A stretch of DNA of 48,647 nucleotides from Bdellovibrionales bacterium (lineage in GTDB: Bacteria > Bdellovibrionota > Bdellovibrionia > Bdellovibrionales > DASUEL01), in assembly GCA_050250255.1 (NCBI GenBank), contig JBFWOZ010000023.1:1-48647 (forward strand), given 5' to 3'. The number at the start of each line of letters is the position of its first letter. Positions within the stretch are counted from its first letter, which is position 1. The notes under the pieces were generated by a model, which searched no databases, was not told the DNA's origin, and saw nothing but the letters and a program-made list of their open reading frames with translations. Positions 1 through 9,373 of the stretch are shown in pieces. Both the position numbers and the translations under genes were made by a program.

Positions 1-1764
1 TTATTTGTTCAGAGAGTGAAAGAGCGCACAAAGTTTACCGAAGCCTACCTCAAGGCTAAATATAAGCTTAGCAAAGACACAGAACTTGTTCTTGATCCTA
101 AAAAACGTCAGTTCTTAAAAACAAAAGCGGAGGCGGATGAATTTCATATCAAATACATTCACTTTCAAGTCGCGAACTACTTAGCTTCTGGAATGAAGCT
201 TGCTGAAGCGAAAACACAATTGGTTCGTCGCTACGCTCGTAACTTAAAAAATCTCAGTGCTTTGAAAAAAGAAGATATTTATGCATCTTATCTCGATTCA
301 TTTGCCGGCGCGATGGATCCTCACACAAGTTTCCTCTCTCCTGATGCGAGAGAAGACTTTGATATCCAGATGCAACTTTCTCTTGAAGGAATTGGGGCGA
401 CTCTCAGCTCTCAAGATGGTTACACAGTCATTGAGAATTTGATTCCTGGCGGATCAGCGGCAAAGTCAGGCTTGATCGAGCCACAAGATAAGATCATTAG
501 CGTGGGTCAGGGCGAAAGCGGTTCTATGGAGACCGTGATTGATGAGCCTCTCCGTGATGTGGTGAGAAAGATTCGTGGACCCAAAGGTAGCAAAGTTCGT
601 TTGACGATTTTACGTAAATCCAATGGAAAAACGAAGCGCATCGAAGTTGGCCTTCTCCGCGATAAAATTAGCCTTGAAGACGAAGCCGCTCAAATCACTT
701 ATGTTGATAAAGAAATTGGCGGAGTGAAAAAGAAATTTGCCGTTGTGGATCTTCCTTCTTTCTACTCGTCGACTCGTAAGGGTGGACGTTCAAGCGCTAC
801 GGACATGAAAAAACTTATGAAAGAAGCTCGTGAGAAAAAAGTGGATGGAATGGTTCTCGATCTTTCCAGCAATGGTGGCGGCAGTCTTGACGATGCGGTG
901 AAGATCGCCGGTCAATTCATTAAAATTGGAAACGTTGTGGAAACTCAAGGGTCGAGCAAGGCGATTGATCAAATGGCTGATGATGAGTCGGAAGTGGATT
1001 ACTCTGGCCCACTTGTTGTTTTAACAAGTCGCTTAAGTGCTTCGGCTTCTGAAATCGTGGCCGGTGCATTACAAGATTATAAACGTGCGGTGATCGTTGG
1101 TGGTGACCATACCTTTGGTAAAGGAAGTGTTCAGCAAGTGATGCCACTTCCAAGTGAGCTTGGTGCTTTAAAGGTGACCGTTGGAATGTTCTTTATTCCT
1201 GGTGGTCAATCGACTCAACATCGTGGTGTGTTTGCCGACGTTCCACTTCCAGGGAATTTTTCTTCGGATGAGATCGGTGAGAAGAGTCTTGATTATTCAC
1301 TTCCTCCGCGCTCATTGCCGGCTTTTATTTCTGAAGAAGCCTACGTGAAAGAGGGGCCCGAAGCTTGGGTTCCTGTGACGGCTGATATGGTGACACAACT
1401 CAAAGACAGATCGGCAACACGTGTTGCGGCCAACGAAGATTTTAAAAAGATTCTGACGAATCTTAAGAAATCAGAAGAAGAAAAGAACAAGCCTGTAAAA
1501 ATCAGCGAAGTCATGAAAGATAAGGAAAAAGCTGATGGCGAGACGAAGAAAAAAGGCAAATTGACAGCGGAAGCCAAGAAAAAAGAGTACCTCAAGCGGG
1601 CTGATGTGGTAGAAGCGTTGAACGTTCTTACCGATCTGAATGGCCTGATGACTCCTGGAGCAAAATTGCCAACTGTGGAAGCAACTGAAGGCAAGAGTGA
1701 TGAGAGGGCAACCAAGACTTCAAGTGCAAAGCAGCTTGGAAAAAACGCGGAACAAAAAAACTAA
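1..1764 (+). CDS. prc: Tail-specific (carboxy-terminal processing) protease, S41 family; 5'-truncated by window edge
   Basis: Frame open from base 1; DPHT, PDZ segment (GIGATL...RGPKGSKVRL), DLSSNGGG, catalytic SASASEI and TFGKGSVQ motifs, long C-terminal extension. Confidence 0.93.
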   Translation, partial: LFVQRVKERTKFTEAYLKAKYKLSKDTELVLDPKKRQFLKTKAEADEFHIKYIHFQVANYLASGMKLAEAKTQLVRRYARNLKNLSALKKEDIYASYLDSFAGAMDPHTSFLSPDAREDFDIQMQLSLEGIGATLSSQDGYTVIENLIPGGSAAKSGLIEPQDKIISVGQGESGSMETVIDEPLRDVVRKIRGPKGSKVRLTILRKSNGKTKRIEVGLLRDKISLEDEAAQITYVDKEIGGVKKKFAVVDLPSFYSSTRKGGRSSATDMKKLMKEAREKKVDGMVLDLSSNGGGSLDDAVKIAGQFIKIGNVVETQGSSKAIDQMADDESEVDYSGPLVVLTSRLSASASEIVAGALQDYKRAVIVGGDHTFGKGSVQQVMPLPSELGALKVTVGMFFIPGGQSTQHRGVFADVPLPGNFSSDEIGEKSLDYSLPPRSLPAFISEEAYVKEGPEAWVPVTADMVTQLKDRSATRVAANEDFKKILTNLKKSEEEKNKPVKISEVMKDKEKADGETKKKGKLTAEAKKKEYLKRADVVEALNVLTDLNGLMTPGAKLPTVEATEGKSDERATKTSSAKQLGKNAEQKN

Positions 1765-1779
1765 CTAGCGATTATAAAG

Positions 1780-2874
1780 ATGGCAAAAGTTGTATCCAGT
1801 ACGAAACAGAAGAAAGTAAAAGCGAATCATTTGGCTGCAAATAAAAAAAACAGCCCTTCTTCTGATAGCAAAAAACAGCCATCTTTACACCTCCCCCAAG
1901 AACTCTTACGTGCAATCCATCACAACATGGTGAAATCTCGAGTGCTCGAAGAGCGCTTGATTAAAATCTATAAAGTAGGTGATGCCTTCTTTTGGATTGG
2001 AAGTCCGGGGGAGGAAGGCTTTGGAGTTCCGCTCGGTCTCTTAGCCAACAAAGGTAAAGGGCACGATCACGATTGGTTGCACTTACATTACCGTGGTACT
2101 CCCACGTTGATTGCTATGGGTATGGAACCGATCGATTCGATTCGTTTAATCATGAATCGAGTCACAGATCCATCAACGGGTGGACGTAACTTTTCAAATC
2201 ACTACTGCTATCCTCAGTGGAATGTCGCTCCCGTGAGTTCTCCCATCGAAGTTCAATATACGATGGCGATCGGGACCGCGTGGGCGCAAAAACGTCGGAA
2301 AGCAAAAGGCATTACCATCGTAACGGGTGGGGATGCAGGAACCGCAGAAGGTGATTTCGCGAGCTGTTTGGTTTGGGCTTCACGGCCTAAAAATGAACTT
2401 CCTATGCTCATTACTGTACAGAACAATCGTTGGGGTATCTCGACCGATTACGAAAGTCAGCATGGAGAAAAGTATATTGCGGATCGTGGCCGCGCCTTTG
2501 GAATACGCACGAACGTGATTAATGGCAATGATCCTATCGAAGCCTATCTTCAATTAGAATCCGAAATGGAATACATCCGTAAAACCGGTAAACCTTCTCT
2601 TGTTGAAGCACGAGTGTCTCGTTTGTACGGCCACTCTTCTGCCTCCGGTGCGAATTACGCAAGTCACGAAGAAGATCCGGTAAAACTCTTTGAAGAAAAA
2701 TTGCTCCGTCATGGAGTGATTAAAGACAAAGAGACTCAGAGTCTCTGGCAACAGTTTGAAGAAGAGTTCCGTATTGCCGCGGAACAAGTAAAAAAAGAAG
2801 TCGGCCCGAAAGCCGAGAGCATCTGGGACCATGTTTTCGTAAATAACGAAAATGGCGACTGGAGAAAGTTCTAA
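1780..2874 (+). CDS. TPP-dependent 2-oxoacid dehydrogenase E1 alpha subunit (probably branched-chain)
   Basis: HYRG, GDAGTAEGDF...QNNRWGIS TPP motif, RLYGHSS; stop overlaps the E1 beta start. Confidence 0.88.
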   Translation: MAKVVSSTKQKKVKANHLAANKKNSPSSDSKKQPSLHLPQELLRAIHHNMVKSRVLEERLIKIYKVGDAFFWIGSPGEEGFGVPLGLLANKGKGHDHDWLHLHYRGTPTLIAMGMEPIDSIRLIMNRVTDPSTGGRNFSNHYCYPQWNVAPVSSPIEVQYTMAIGTAWAQKRRKAKGITIVTGGDAGTAEGDFASCLVWASRPKNELPMLITVQNNRWGISTDYESQHGEKYIADRGRAFGIRTNVINGNDPIEAYLQLESEMEYIRKTGKPSLVEARVSRLYGHSSASGANYASHEEDPVKLFEEKLLRHGVIKDKETQSLWQQFEEEFRIAAEQVKKEVGPKAESIWDHVFVNNENGDWRKF

Positions 2875-3929
2875 TGGCAAATATGGCTCAAGCCATTCGT
2901 ATGGCGCTTCATTACAGCGAAAACAATCTCGGAGTGACTGATATTTTTGGTCAGGACGTAGGGGCGCCGATGGGGGGAGTTTTTACTGCCACCCAAGGTC
3001 TTAAAACGGCCTGGAACACGCCTCTTGATGAGAGGGGTATCATCGGTATGGCTATGGGCATCTCCATGACCGGAGACCGCTGCGTTGCCGAGATTCAATT
3101 TTGTGATTATATCTTTAATACGATCGATCTTTTAAAAATTGCCGGAAATACTCACTGGGTTACGAATGGCCAAGTTTCGCTCCCGATGACGGTGATGACG
3201 CCCGTCGGGGCAGGTATTTTTGGGTCCGTCTACCACAGTCACAGTTTTGATGCGTGGGCGACTCGTCTTCCGGGATGGAAAATTGTGATGCCTTCAACAC
3301 CTCTTGATGCTTATGGGCTTCTCCTCTCTGCGATTGAAGATCCAAATCCTGTTTTATTTTTGAAACCAAAAGCTCTTTTGCGCGTGAAAGGCCAAGAACT
3401 TATTCCAGGGGAACCTGCGGATGAGAAGCAACTACGTGCGACGATCGATGCTCCTATTGGAGACCGTTCAAAGTGGAAGCCACAGTGGCCAGAGCTCAAA
3501 CATTTCACCATTCCTATTGGTGAAGCTAAAGTTGTTCGCGAAGGGGATGCGCTTTCTCTTATCACTTACGGACGTCATGTTCATGTTTGCGAAAAAATTG
3601 CGGAAGAATTAAGCGCTGAAGGTATTAAGATTGAAGTGATCGACTTACGTTCACTTTATCCTTACGACTGGCAAGCGATTGTAAAGTCGGTGAAAAAAAC
3701 AGGCCGTGTGATTTTCGTCAACGAAGACACAGAGGTCACTAACTTTGCAGAACATCTTTGTTACCGAGTGGTACAGGAGCTTTTCTACGAACTTCAAGCT
3801 CGTCCAAAAGTGATTGCGGGTAAGAACCTTCCAGGAATTGGGTTACACCCTCATCTTGAAGATGCGTCGGTGCCGCAAAAATCCGAAATCTTAGCGGCCG
3901 TTCGCGCCGCTCTCGACGAAGTTCCTTAG
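2874..3929 (+). CDS. 2-oxoacid dehydrogenase E1 beta subunit
   Basis: FGQDVG..GGVF..T.GL, NTPLDE, AEIQFCDY, HSHS, EVIDLRSL motifs. Confidence 0.9.
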   Translation: MANMAQAIRMALHYSENNLGVTDIFGQDVGAPMGGVFTATQGLKTAWNTPLDERGIIGMAMGISMTGDRCVAEIQFCDYIFNTIDLLKIAGNTHWVTNGQVSLPMTVMTPVGAGIFGSVYHSHSFDAWATRLPGWKIVMPSTPLDAYGLLLSAIEDPNPVLFLKPKALLRVKGQELIPGEPADEKQLRATIDAPIGDRSKWKPQWPELKHFTIPIGEAKVVREGDALSLITYGRHVHVCEKIAEELSAEGIKIEVIDLRSLYPYDWQAIVKSVKKTGRVIFVNEDTEVTNFAEHLCYRVVQELFYELQARPKVIAGKNLPGIGLHPHLEDASVPQKSEILAAVRAALDEVP

Positions 3930-3986
3930 AGCCCATTTCATAATTCATCTTTTTCATATTTTTTTGAAACTCTTGTTTCAGAAAAT

Positions 3987-4018
3987 AAAAAACCCTATCC
4001 TTTAGAGATAGGGTTTTT
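3987..4018. terminator. Bidirectional intrinsic terminator between convergent E1 beta and protease copy 1
   Basis: AAAAAA-CCCTATC-ctttaga-GATAGGG-TTTTT: perfect stem with A and T tracts on either side. Confidence 0.85.
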
Positions 4019-4051
4019 CAATTTCATCGTTAAAACTAAAAGCTATGACGA

Positions 4052-4939
4052 TTACTCTACAACACCTTTGTACCAGCAAGCAGGACGGTTACCTACTGTG
4101 TAACCATTTGCAAAGTTACAAGAGTAAGGGTTTGAATGGATCTCTGCTTCCGCACTTGCTTGGCCTTTTGGATGACCTAAAGAGGGAATATTGATGATAT
4201 CAAACATCGCTTTGCAGAGAGCGCCTTGAATGTAAGTGTCTAGTCGGCATTGAGCTTGCGGATGATAGTGGTATGTCGCGGTCACTTTCGCTTGCGAAGG
4301 AGTTTCAAATTTTGGTGGAGTTTTTTCTCTTGAAGCGGCTGCTAAAAGGGTCGCGAGAGAGTGGCCGGCAGCAATGTTGCGATAACAAACTCTGCGTTCC
4401 CAATTGCGAGTGTAATTCGAATCACATTTTGCTCTGATGTAAGGGTTCACAGTTCGTAGATTGAATCGTCCAAAAATAGCTTTTTCCCAAATCATTTTCC
4501 CACAAATCTGAGTTGCAAAATAATCTGCTTGTCCTTCGGAAGAAGCCCAAGGGAGATTAGGAGGGTAGAAAGGGTATCCACCAAAGTGATGGCCGAGCTC
4601 GTGACAAACAACAAGGGCGTAGCCTTCGAGGGTCACTTCAGGACGACGGGCGAGTCCGCCATACATATTAATGGTCCAAACGTTCCCTCTTTGGTTCGCA
4701 TTGGCGTTTACTGTAGGATTTGTCCATAGTTTGTTAGCTACGAGAGTTGCTCCGTGTCTTTGAGCCAGTGGAGCCCAAATAGCGACGATCGCATCAGTGA
4801 CGGCGATAAACTGCGCCTCTGTCATGTTTGCTGCGGCATCCACATTGTCCTGAAGATGAAGATCATTTTCTGGTAAGATTGTCGCTTGTGATGGTGCACT
4901 CACTAAAAGTAATAAACCGATTAAGACAGAACGCATCAT
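4052..4939 (-). CDS. Secreted Cys-rich zinc metalloprotease, M48-like gluzincin (tandem copy 1)
   Basis: Signal peptide (SQA cleavage), TVNA, CHELGHH, SEGQADY third ligand, HP.AQCRLDTY; start moved to ATG 4939/4936 behind an AAGGGGG RBS to match paralogues. Confidence 0.8.
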   Translation of the reverse strand: MMRSVLIGLLLLVSAPSQATILPENDLHLQDNVDAAANMTEAQFIAVTDAIVAIWAPLAQRHGATLVANKLWTNPTVNANANQRGNVWTINMYGGLARRPEVTLEGYALVVCHELGHHFGGYPFYPPNLPWASSEGQADYFATQICGKMIWEKAIFGRFNLRTVNPYIRAKCDSNYTRNWERRVCYRNIAAGHSLATLLAAASREKTPPKFETPSQAKVTATYHYHPQAQCRLDTYIQGALCKAMFDIINIPSLGHPKGQASAEAEIHSNPYSCNFANGYTVGNRPACWYKGVVE

Positions 4940-5011
4940 ATCCCCCTTCTGCATTCGTAGAAGGGGTGTCATATAAAATTTAGACCTTATGTGTAAAGAA
5001 AGGAGCAATGA

Positions 5012-5040
5012 GTCAAAGCCCTAAAAATACGGACTTTGAC
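5012..5040 (-). other. Intergenic hairpin without U-tract between protease copies 2 and 1
   Basis: Minus strand GTCAAAGTCC-N9-GGGCTTTGAC, 10 bp stem with one G-U pair. Confidence 0.5.
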
Positions 5041-5051
5041 ATAAGTTTTAC

Positions 5052-5930
5052 TTATTGAGTGAGTCCTTTGTACCAGCAAGTTGGGCGGTTACCTACTGTA
5101 TGGCCGCTAGCAAGGTTACAGGAGTAACGGTTAGCTACCATTTCAGCCTCAGCGCTGCTTTGGCCTCTTGAGTGAGCTAAGCCTGGTATAACGCTGATAT
5201 CAAAAACCGCTTTGCAGAGAGCCCCTTGAACATAAGTATCAAGTCGACATTGCGCTGGTGGGTGAGAAGCGTTTGAAACTTGAACTCTATAAGTTGCAGG
5301 AGTCTCAAATCGCGGCGCTACAGGCTCACGTGCAGCGGCTGACAAGAGTGTGGCAAGAGAGTGCCCTGCGGCAAGATTGCGATAGCAAGTTTTTTGTTCC
5401 CATGCTTGCGCATAATTTCTGTCACATTTTGCTTTGATGTAAGGATTGATCGTTCGTAGGTTGAGTGGACCAAAAATAGGCTTTGCCCAAATCATCTTTC
5501 CACAAACTTGAACTGCGAAGTAGTCTGACTGACCTTCTGATGAAGCTGGTCGATCTCCTTTAAAAGGGTAACCACCAAAATGATGGCCGAGTTCGTGACA
5601 AACAACGAGAGCGTAACCTTCAGGAGTGACTTCTGGACGACGAGCGAGCCCGCCGTACATGTTCACAGACCAAGTCATACCTTCTCTTGAAGCCGTCGCA
5701 TTCACTGTCGGATTAAGCCACTGTTTATTGGCTATTAAGGTCGCCCCGTGTCTTCTGGCAAGTGGAGCCCATACTGCAACGATCTGATCAGTGATGGCAT
5801 TGAACTGTGCCTCAGTCATGTTGGCTGCTGCATCGACATTGTCTTCTAGATGTAAATCGTTTTCCGGTAAAATAGTCGCCTGTGATGCTGTAGCTACGAA
5901 TAGTAAGCTGATGATAATTAAAGAACGCAT
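5052..5930 (-). CDS. Secreted Cys-rich zinc metalloprotease, M48-like (tandem copy 2)
   Basis: Same motifs (CHELGHH, SEGQSDY, HPPAQCRLDTY); start at ATG 5930 behind a GAGGAGGG RBS. Confidence 0.8.
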   Translation of the reverse strand: MRSLIIISLLFVATASQATILPENDLHLEDNVDAAANMTEAQFNAITDQIVAVWAPLARRHGATLIANKQWLNPTVNATASREGMTWSVNMYGGLARRPEVTPEGYALVVCHELGHHFGGYPFKGDRPASSEGQSDYFAVQVCGKMIWAKPIFGPLNLRTINPYIKAKCDRNYAQAWEQKTCYRNLAAGHSLATLLSAAAREPVAPRFETPATYRVQVSNASHPPAQCRLDTYVQGALCKAVFDISVIPGLAHSRGQSSAEAEMVANRYSCNLASGHTVGNRPTCWYKGLTQ

Positions 5931-6009
5931 GAATTTCCCCTCCTCATTAGTTCTACTGAGCGATTCATATAAGTGGTGAAGAATCATGTAAAGACAGAAG
6001 CCATGAGTC

Positions 6010-6042
6010 AAAAAAAAACCCTGAGTTTCATTCAGGGTTTTT
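6010..6042 (-). terminator. Intrinsic terminator after protease copy 3
   Basis: Minus strand CCCTGA-N7-TCAGGG followed by T9. Confidence 0.8.
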
Positions 6043-6065
6043 GTAGGAGCTATTAATATCTTTAA

Positions 6066-6944
6066 TTACTGCACGAGGCCTTTATACCAACATGCAGGGC
6101 GATTCCCCACTGTATGACCTTTTGCAAGATTACAAGAGTATTCATTGGAAATCATTTCGGCTTCAACGCTTTCTTGCCCACGAGGATGCGTTTTTCCTGG
6201 AATCAATGTGATATCAAAACGTGTGTTGCAAAGTGCGCCTTGAAAGTAAGTGTCTAGACGACATTGTGCGGCCGGATGGGCTGTATTTGTGCGGGTGACC
6301 GCGGTTGCATCTGGAGTTTCAAATTTTGGAGCTGGAGCTCTTCCGAGAGCTGCAAGAAGAGAAGCAAGTGAATGTCCACCAAGAATGTTTCGGTAGCAAT
6401 TCTTACGATCGTTCATCGCTGTGTAAGTAGAATCACACTTCGCTTTCGCGTGAGGGTCTAGAGTTGATGGGTTGAGTGTGCCAAAGATTGGAGCATCCCA
6501 GATCATCTTTCCACATACTTGTGTTGCGAAGTAGTCAGATTGACCTTCAGAAGCGGCCCAGCGTTCACCTTTGAACGCAAAACCTGCGAAGTGATGACCA
6601 AGCTCATGACAAACAACGAGAGCAAAGCCTTCGAAATTCACTTCAGGTCGTCTTGCAAGGCCACCAAACATTTGAACAATCCACTGAGTACCGTCTTGTT
6701 GTGCATAAGCGTTGACTGTGGAGTCTGTCCAACTTCTGTTCATAACAAGTGTAGCGCCATGCTTTGCTGCGAGCGGCGCCCAATGAGCTCCAACGGCATC
6801 AATGATGTCGTTAAACTGCTGCTCTGTCATATTGGCAGCAGCATTTATGTTGTCCTGAAGGTGTAAATTGTTTTTTGGTAAAATTGTTGCGTGCGAGATC
6901 GTTGTTACGAAAAGTAACAAACAGCTAACCATCCATGATTGCAT
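6066..6944 (-). CDS. Secreted Cys-rich zinc metalloprotease, M48-like (tandem copy 3)
   Basis: Signal peptide, CHELGHH, SEGQSDY, HPAAQCRLDTY, 8 conserved Cys; AGGGGA RBS. Confidence 0.82.
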   Translation of the reverse strand: MQSWMVSCLLLFVTTISHATILPKNNLHLQDNINAAANMTEQQFNDIIDAVGAHWAPLAAKHGATLVMNRSWTDSTVNAYAQQDGTQWIVQMFGGLARRPEVNFEGFALVVCHELGHHFAGFAFKGERWAASEGQSDYFATQVCGKMIWDAPIFGTLNPSTLDPHAKAKCDSTYTAMNDRKNCYRNILGGHSLASLLAALGRAPAPKFETPDATAVTRTNTAHPAAQCRLDTYFQGALCNTRFDITLIPGKTHPRGQESVEAEMISNEYSCNLAKGHTVGNRPACWYKGLVQ

Positions 6945-7024
6945 GTCATTCCCCTAGTATTTAGTTTTGTTAATTGAACTCTCTATAGTGAATCGAGATC
7001 TCGGAATTTTGTAAAGCGAAGAGT

Positions 7025-7057
7025 AAAAAAAACCTCGAATTTCTCCGAGGTTTTTTT
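7025..7057 (-). terminator. Intrinsic terminator after protease copy 4
   Basis: Plus strand A8-CCTCG-N8-CGAGG-T7. Confidence 0.8.
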
Positions 7058-7081
7058 GTGTCTGAATGAAACAAACATTAA

Positions 7082-7963
7082 TTACTGTACAATTCCTTTG
7101 TACCAGCAAGAAGGACGGTTACCAATTGTGTTACGCTTAGCAAGGTTGCAAGAATATTCGTTCGCAACCATCTCAGCGTCTGCGCTTGTTTGACCGCGTG
7201 GATGTGCTTTTCCTGGGATTAGCGTTGCATCAAAACGGGCATTACAGAGAGCTCCTTGGAAATAAGTATCCAAGCGGCACTGAGCAGCTGGGTGAGCTGT
7301 GTTTGTGCGTGTAACAACTGTTGGATCTGGCGTCTCAAACTTGGGAGCTGGTGCTCTTCCGAGAGCTGCAAGTAGAGAAGCAAGTGAGTGACCACCAAGA
7401 ATGTTTCTGTAACAGTTTTTGCGATCAACAGCTGATGTGTAAGTCGAATCACACTTCGCTTTCGCATGAGGATTTAACGTTGATGGGTTGAGAGTTCCAA
7501 AGATAGGAGCATCCCAGATCATCTTCCCGCATGCTTGTGTTGCGAAGTAGTCAGATTGACCTTCTGAAGCAGCCCAGTGGGTGCCTGAGTAAAAAGAGTA
7601 ACCTGCAAAGTGATGTCCAAGCTCGTGACAAACAACGAGGGCAAAACCTTCGAAATTTGTTTCTGGACGTCTTGCAAGACCACCATACATATTAATGATC
7701 CACTGATTTCCTGACTGTTGTGCAGAAGCATTCACTGTGGAGTTTGTCCAAAGCTTATTCACAACAAGTGTAGCGCCGTGCTTAGCAGCCATCGGTGCCC
7801 AGTGTGTAGTTACAGCATCAATAATGTCACTGAATTGCTGTTCTGTCATATTTGCCGCTGCATCTACGTTATCTTGTAAGTGCAAATTGTTTTCTGGCAA
7901 AATAGTTGCGTTCGATACTGTTGCTACGAAAAGTAACAAACAGCTTACCATCCATGATCGCAT
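7082..7963 (-). CDS. Secreted Cys-rich zinc metalloprotease, M48-like (tandem copy 4)
   Basis: Same motifs as copies 1-3; GAGGGGG RBS. Confidence 0.82.
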   Translation of the reverse strand: MRSWMVSCLLLFVATVSNATILPENNLHLQDNVDAAANMTEQQFSDIIDAVTTHWAPMAAKHGATLVVNKLWTNSTVNASAQQSGNQWIINMYGGLARRPETNFEGFALVVCHELGHHFAGYSFYSGTHWAASEGQSDYFATQACGKMIWDAPIFGTLNPSTLNPHAKAKCDSTYTSAVDRKNCYRNILGGHSLASLLAALGRAPAPKFETPDPTVVTRTNTAHPAAQCRLDTYFQGALCNARFDATLIPGKAHPRGQTSADAEMVANEYSCNLAKRNTIGNRPSCWYKGIVQ

Positions 7964-8088
7964 CGTAATCCCCCTCGTTTATCGGTTTGTTGATTGAACC
8001 TTTAATAATTGAATCGATGTCTGAAAGATTTGTAAAGAAAGAATGTTAAGATATTTTTAGTTTTTGCCGAGGTGTTGCATGAACAACT

Positions 8089-8907
8089 ATGATGAAGCGA
8101 ACAAAAAAATCTAATTCCAAACGCAGACGTTTTGATAAGTATGACTACTACACGCGAGCTGTGCAGTCGCCAGATACAGATGTTGAGTTTATTCGAAAAA
8201 CTTATTATCAGCTCAAGCGCAAAATGCCTTCCATTTTTAGAGAAGATTTTTGCGGCACATTTGCAATCTCGTGCGAGTGGATCAAATTGAGTCAACGAAA
8301 CCAAGCGATCTCTGTCGACATAGATTCGGAACCACTTCAATACGGCAAAACAAATTTACTCACAAAATTAGATCCGAAACAGCAGGGTCGAATCAAGATA
8401 TTAAATACTTCGGTGCTGAGTCCCAAATTACCAAAAGCGGATATTATCGCTGCTTTTAACTTCTCTTATTATCTCTTTAAAGAGCGTGAGACACTTCTTC
8501 GCTACTTTATGAATTGTCGCAAAACACTTAGAAGTGGCGGAATTCTGGTCGTTGACGCCTTTGGTGGCGCGCTCTGTCAGAAGTCTAATCTCGAAAAAAA
8601 TAGATTTTCTGATTTCACTTACGAGTGGGAACAAATGTATTTTAATGCCATTACGAACGAGGCACTTTTTCATATTCACTTCAAATTACGAAAAGAAAAG
8701 ACGAAGCGTCGACGAGTTTTCTCCTACGATTGGCGAATGTGGTCAATTCCAGAGATACGAGAAATCATGAGAGAAGCGGGATTTCGCAAGACTCATGTGT
8801 ATTGGGAGACGTCCGATGCCGCAGGTGAGGGCACGGGACATTACATTCGTAGCGAAAAAGGTGATGAGTGTGATGCTTGGGTCGCTTACCTCGTAGGGGA
8901 GAAGTAG
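8089..8907 (+). CDS. Class I SAM-dependent methyltransferase
   Basis: Y..AVQSP, REDFCGT motif I variant, VDID, DII.AFNFSY, GG.LVVDAFGG, DWR.WSIPE. Confidence 0.75.
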   Translation: MMKRTKKSNSKRRRFDKYDYYTRAVQSPDTDVEFIRKTYYQLKRKMPSIFREDFCGTFAISCEWIKLSQRNQAISVDIDSEPLQYGKTNLLTKLDPKQQGRIKILNTSVLSPKLPKADIIAAFNFSYYLFKERETLLRYFMNCRKTLRSGGILVVDAFGGALCQKSNLEKNRFSDFTYEWEQMYFNAITNEALFHIHFKLRKEKTKRRRVFSYDWRMWSIPEIREIMREAGFRKTHVYWETSDAAGEGTGHYIRSEKGDECDAWVAYLVGEK

Positions 8908-8932
8908 AGGCATCTTTAGGATGCCGCTCTCG

Positions 8933-9373
8933 TTAATCAGTATAGGATCCGTCTTCCGAGAAAGTGACTGAGATCACTTTACGTTTCTTTTTCTTCTGAG
9001 AAGTAATGGTTTTTCCTGCATTCGCGAGTTTCTGGTCTTTCTCAGCTTTGATTGTCCCAAAGCGAGACTTATATTGAGCAAGCTCTCTTTTATAAAGTTT
9101 AATCTCCTCTGTGACTTTTTGCTCATTCTCTTCAATCTTCATTAATTGACTTTGTGTTAATTGAAGTTGGTATTTCATGTTTTCAAGCTCTGCTTTTAAA
9201 GATTCTTCCTTGGTAAAGACGGGTTCTGATTTTGGAGCCGTTGAAGGCTCGCTGTGGAATCCATGAGGAGAAAAGGCAAGTGTAAGGCCAGTGACGGCGG
9301 CAAAGGCTACAAAAGTCAGCAAGATGCTCTTCGTGTAAGGATGGAATTTCATACGTAGTTTATAGGCTCTCAT
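8933..9373 (-). CDS. Hypothetical membrane-anchored or secreted coiled-coil protein
   Basis: N-terminal hydrophobic helix, heptad-rich E/K/Q/L segment, basic C-terminus; AAGGAG RBS. Confidence 0.65.
   Translation of the reverse strand: MRAYKLRMKFHPYTKSILLTFVAFAAVTGLTLAFSPHGFHSEPSTAPKSEPVFTKEESLKAELENMKYQLQLTQSQLMKIEENEQKVTEEIKLYKRELAQYKSRFGTIKAEKDQKLANAGKTITSQKKKKRKVISVTFSEDGSYTD

Noticed and set aside
4052..7963. Protease array as a DGR target or invertible shufflon
   Set aside because: No reverse transcriptase, template repeat, recombinase or inverted recombination sites in the window; all copies are full-length with their own starts
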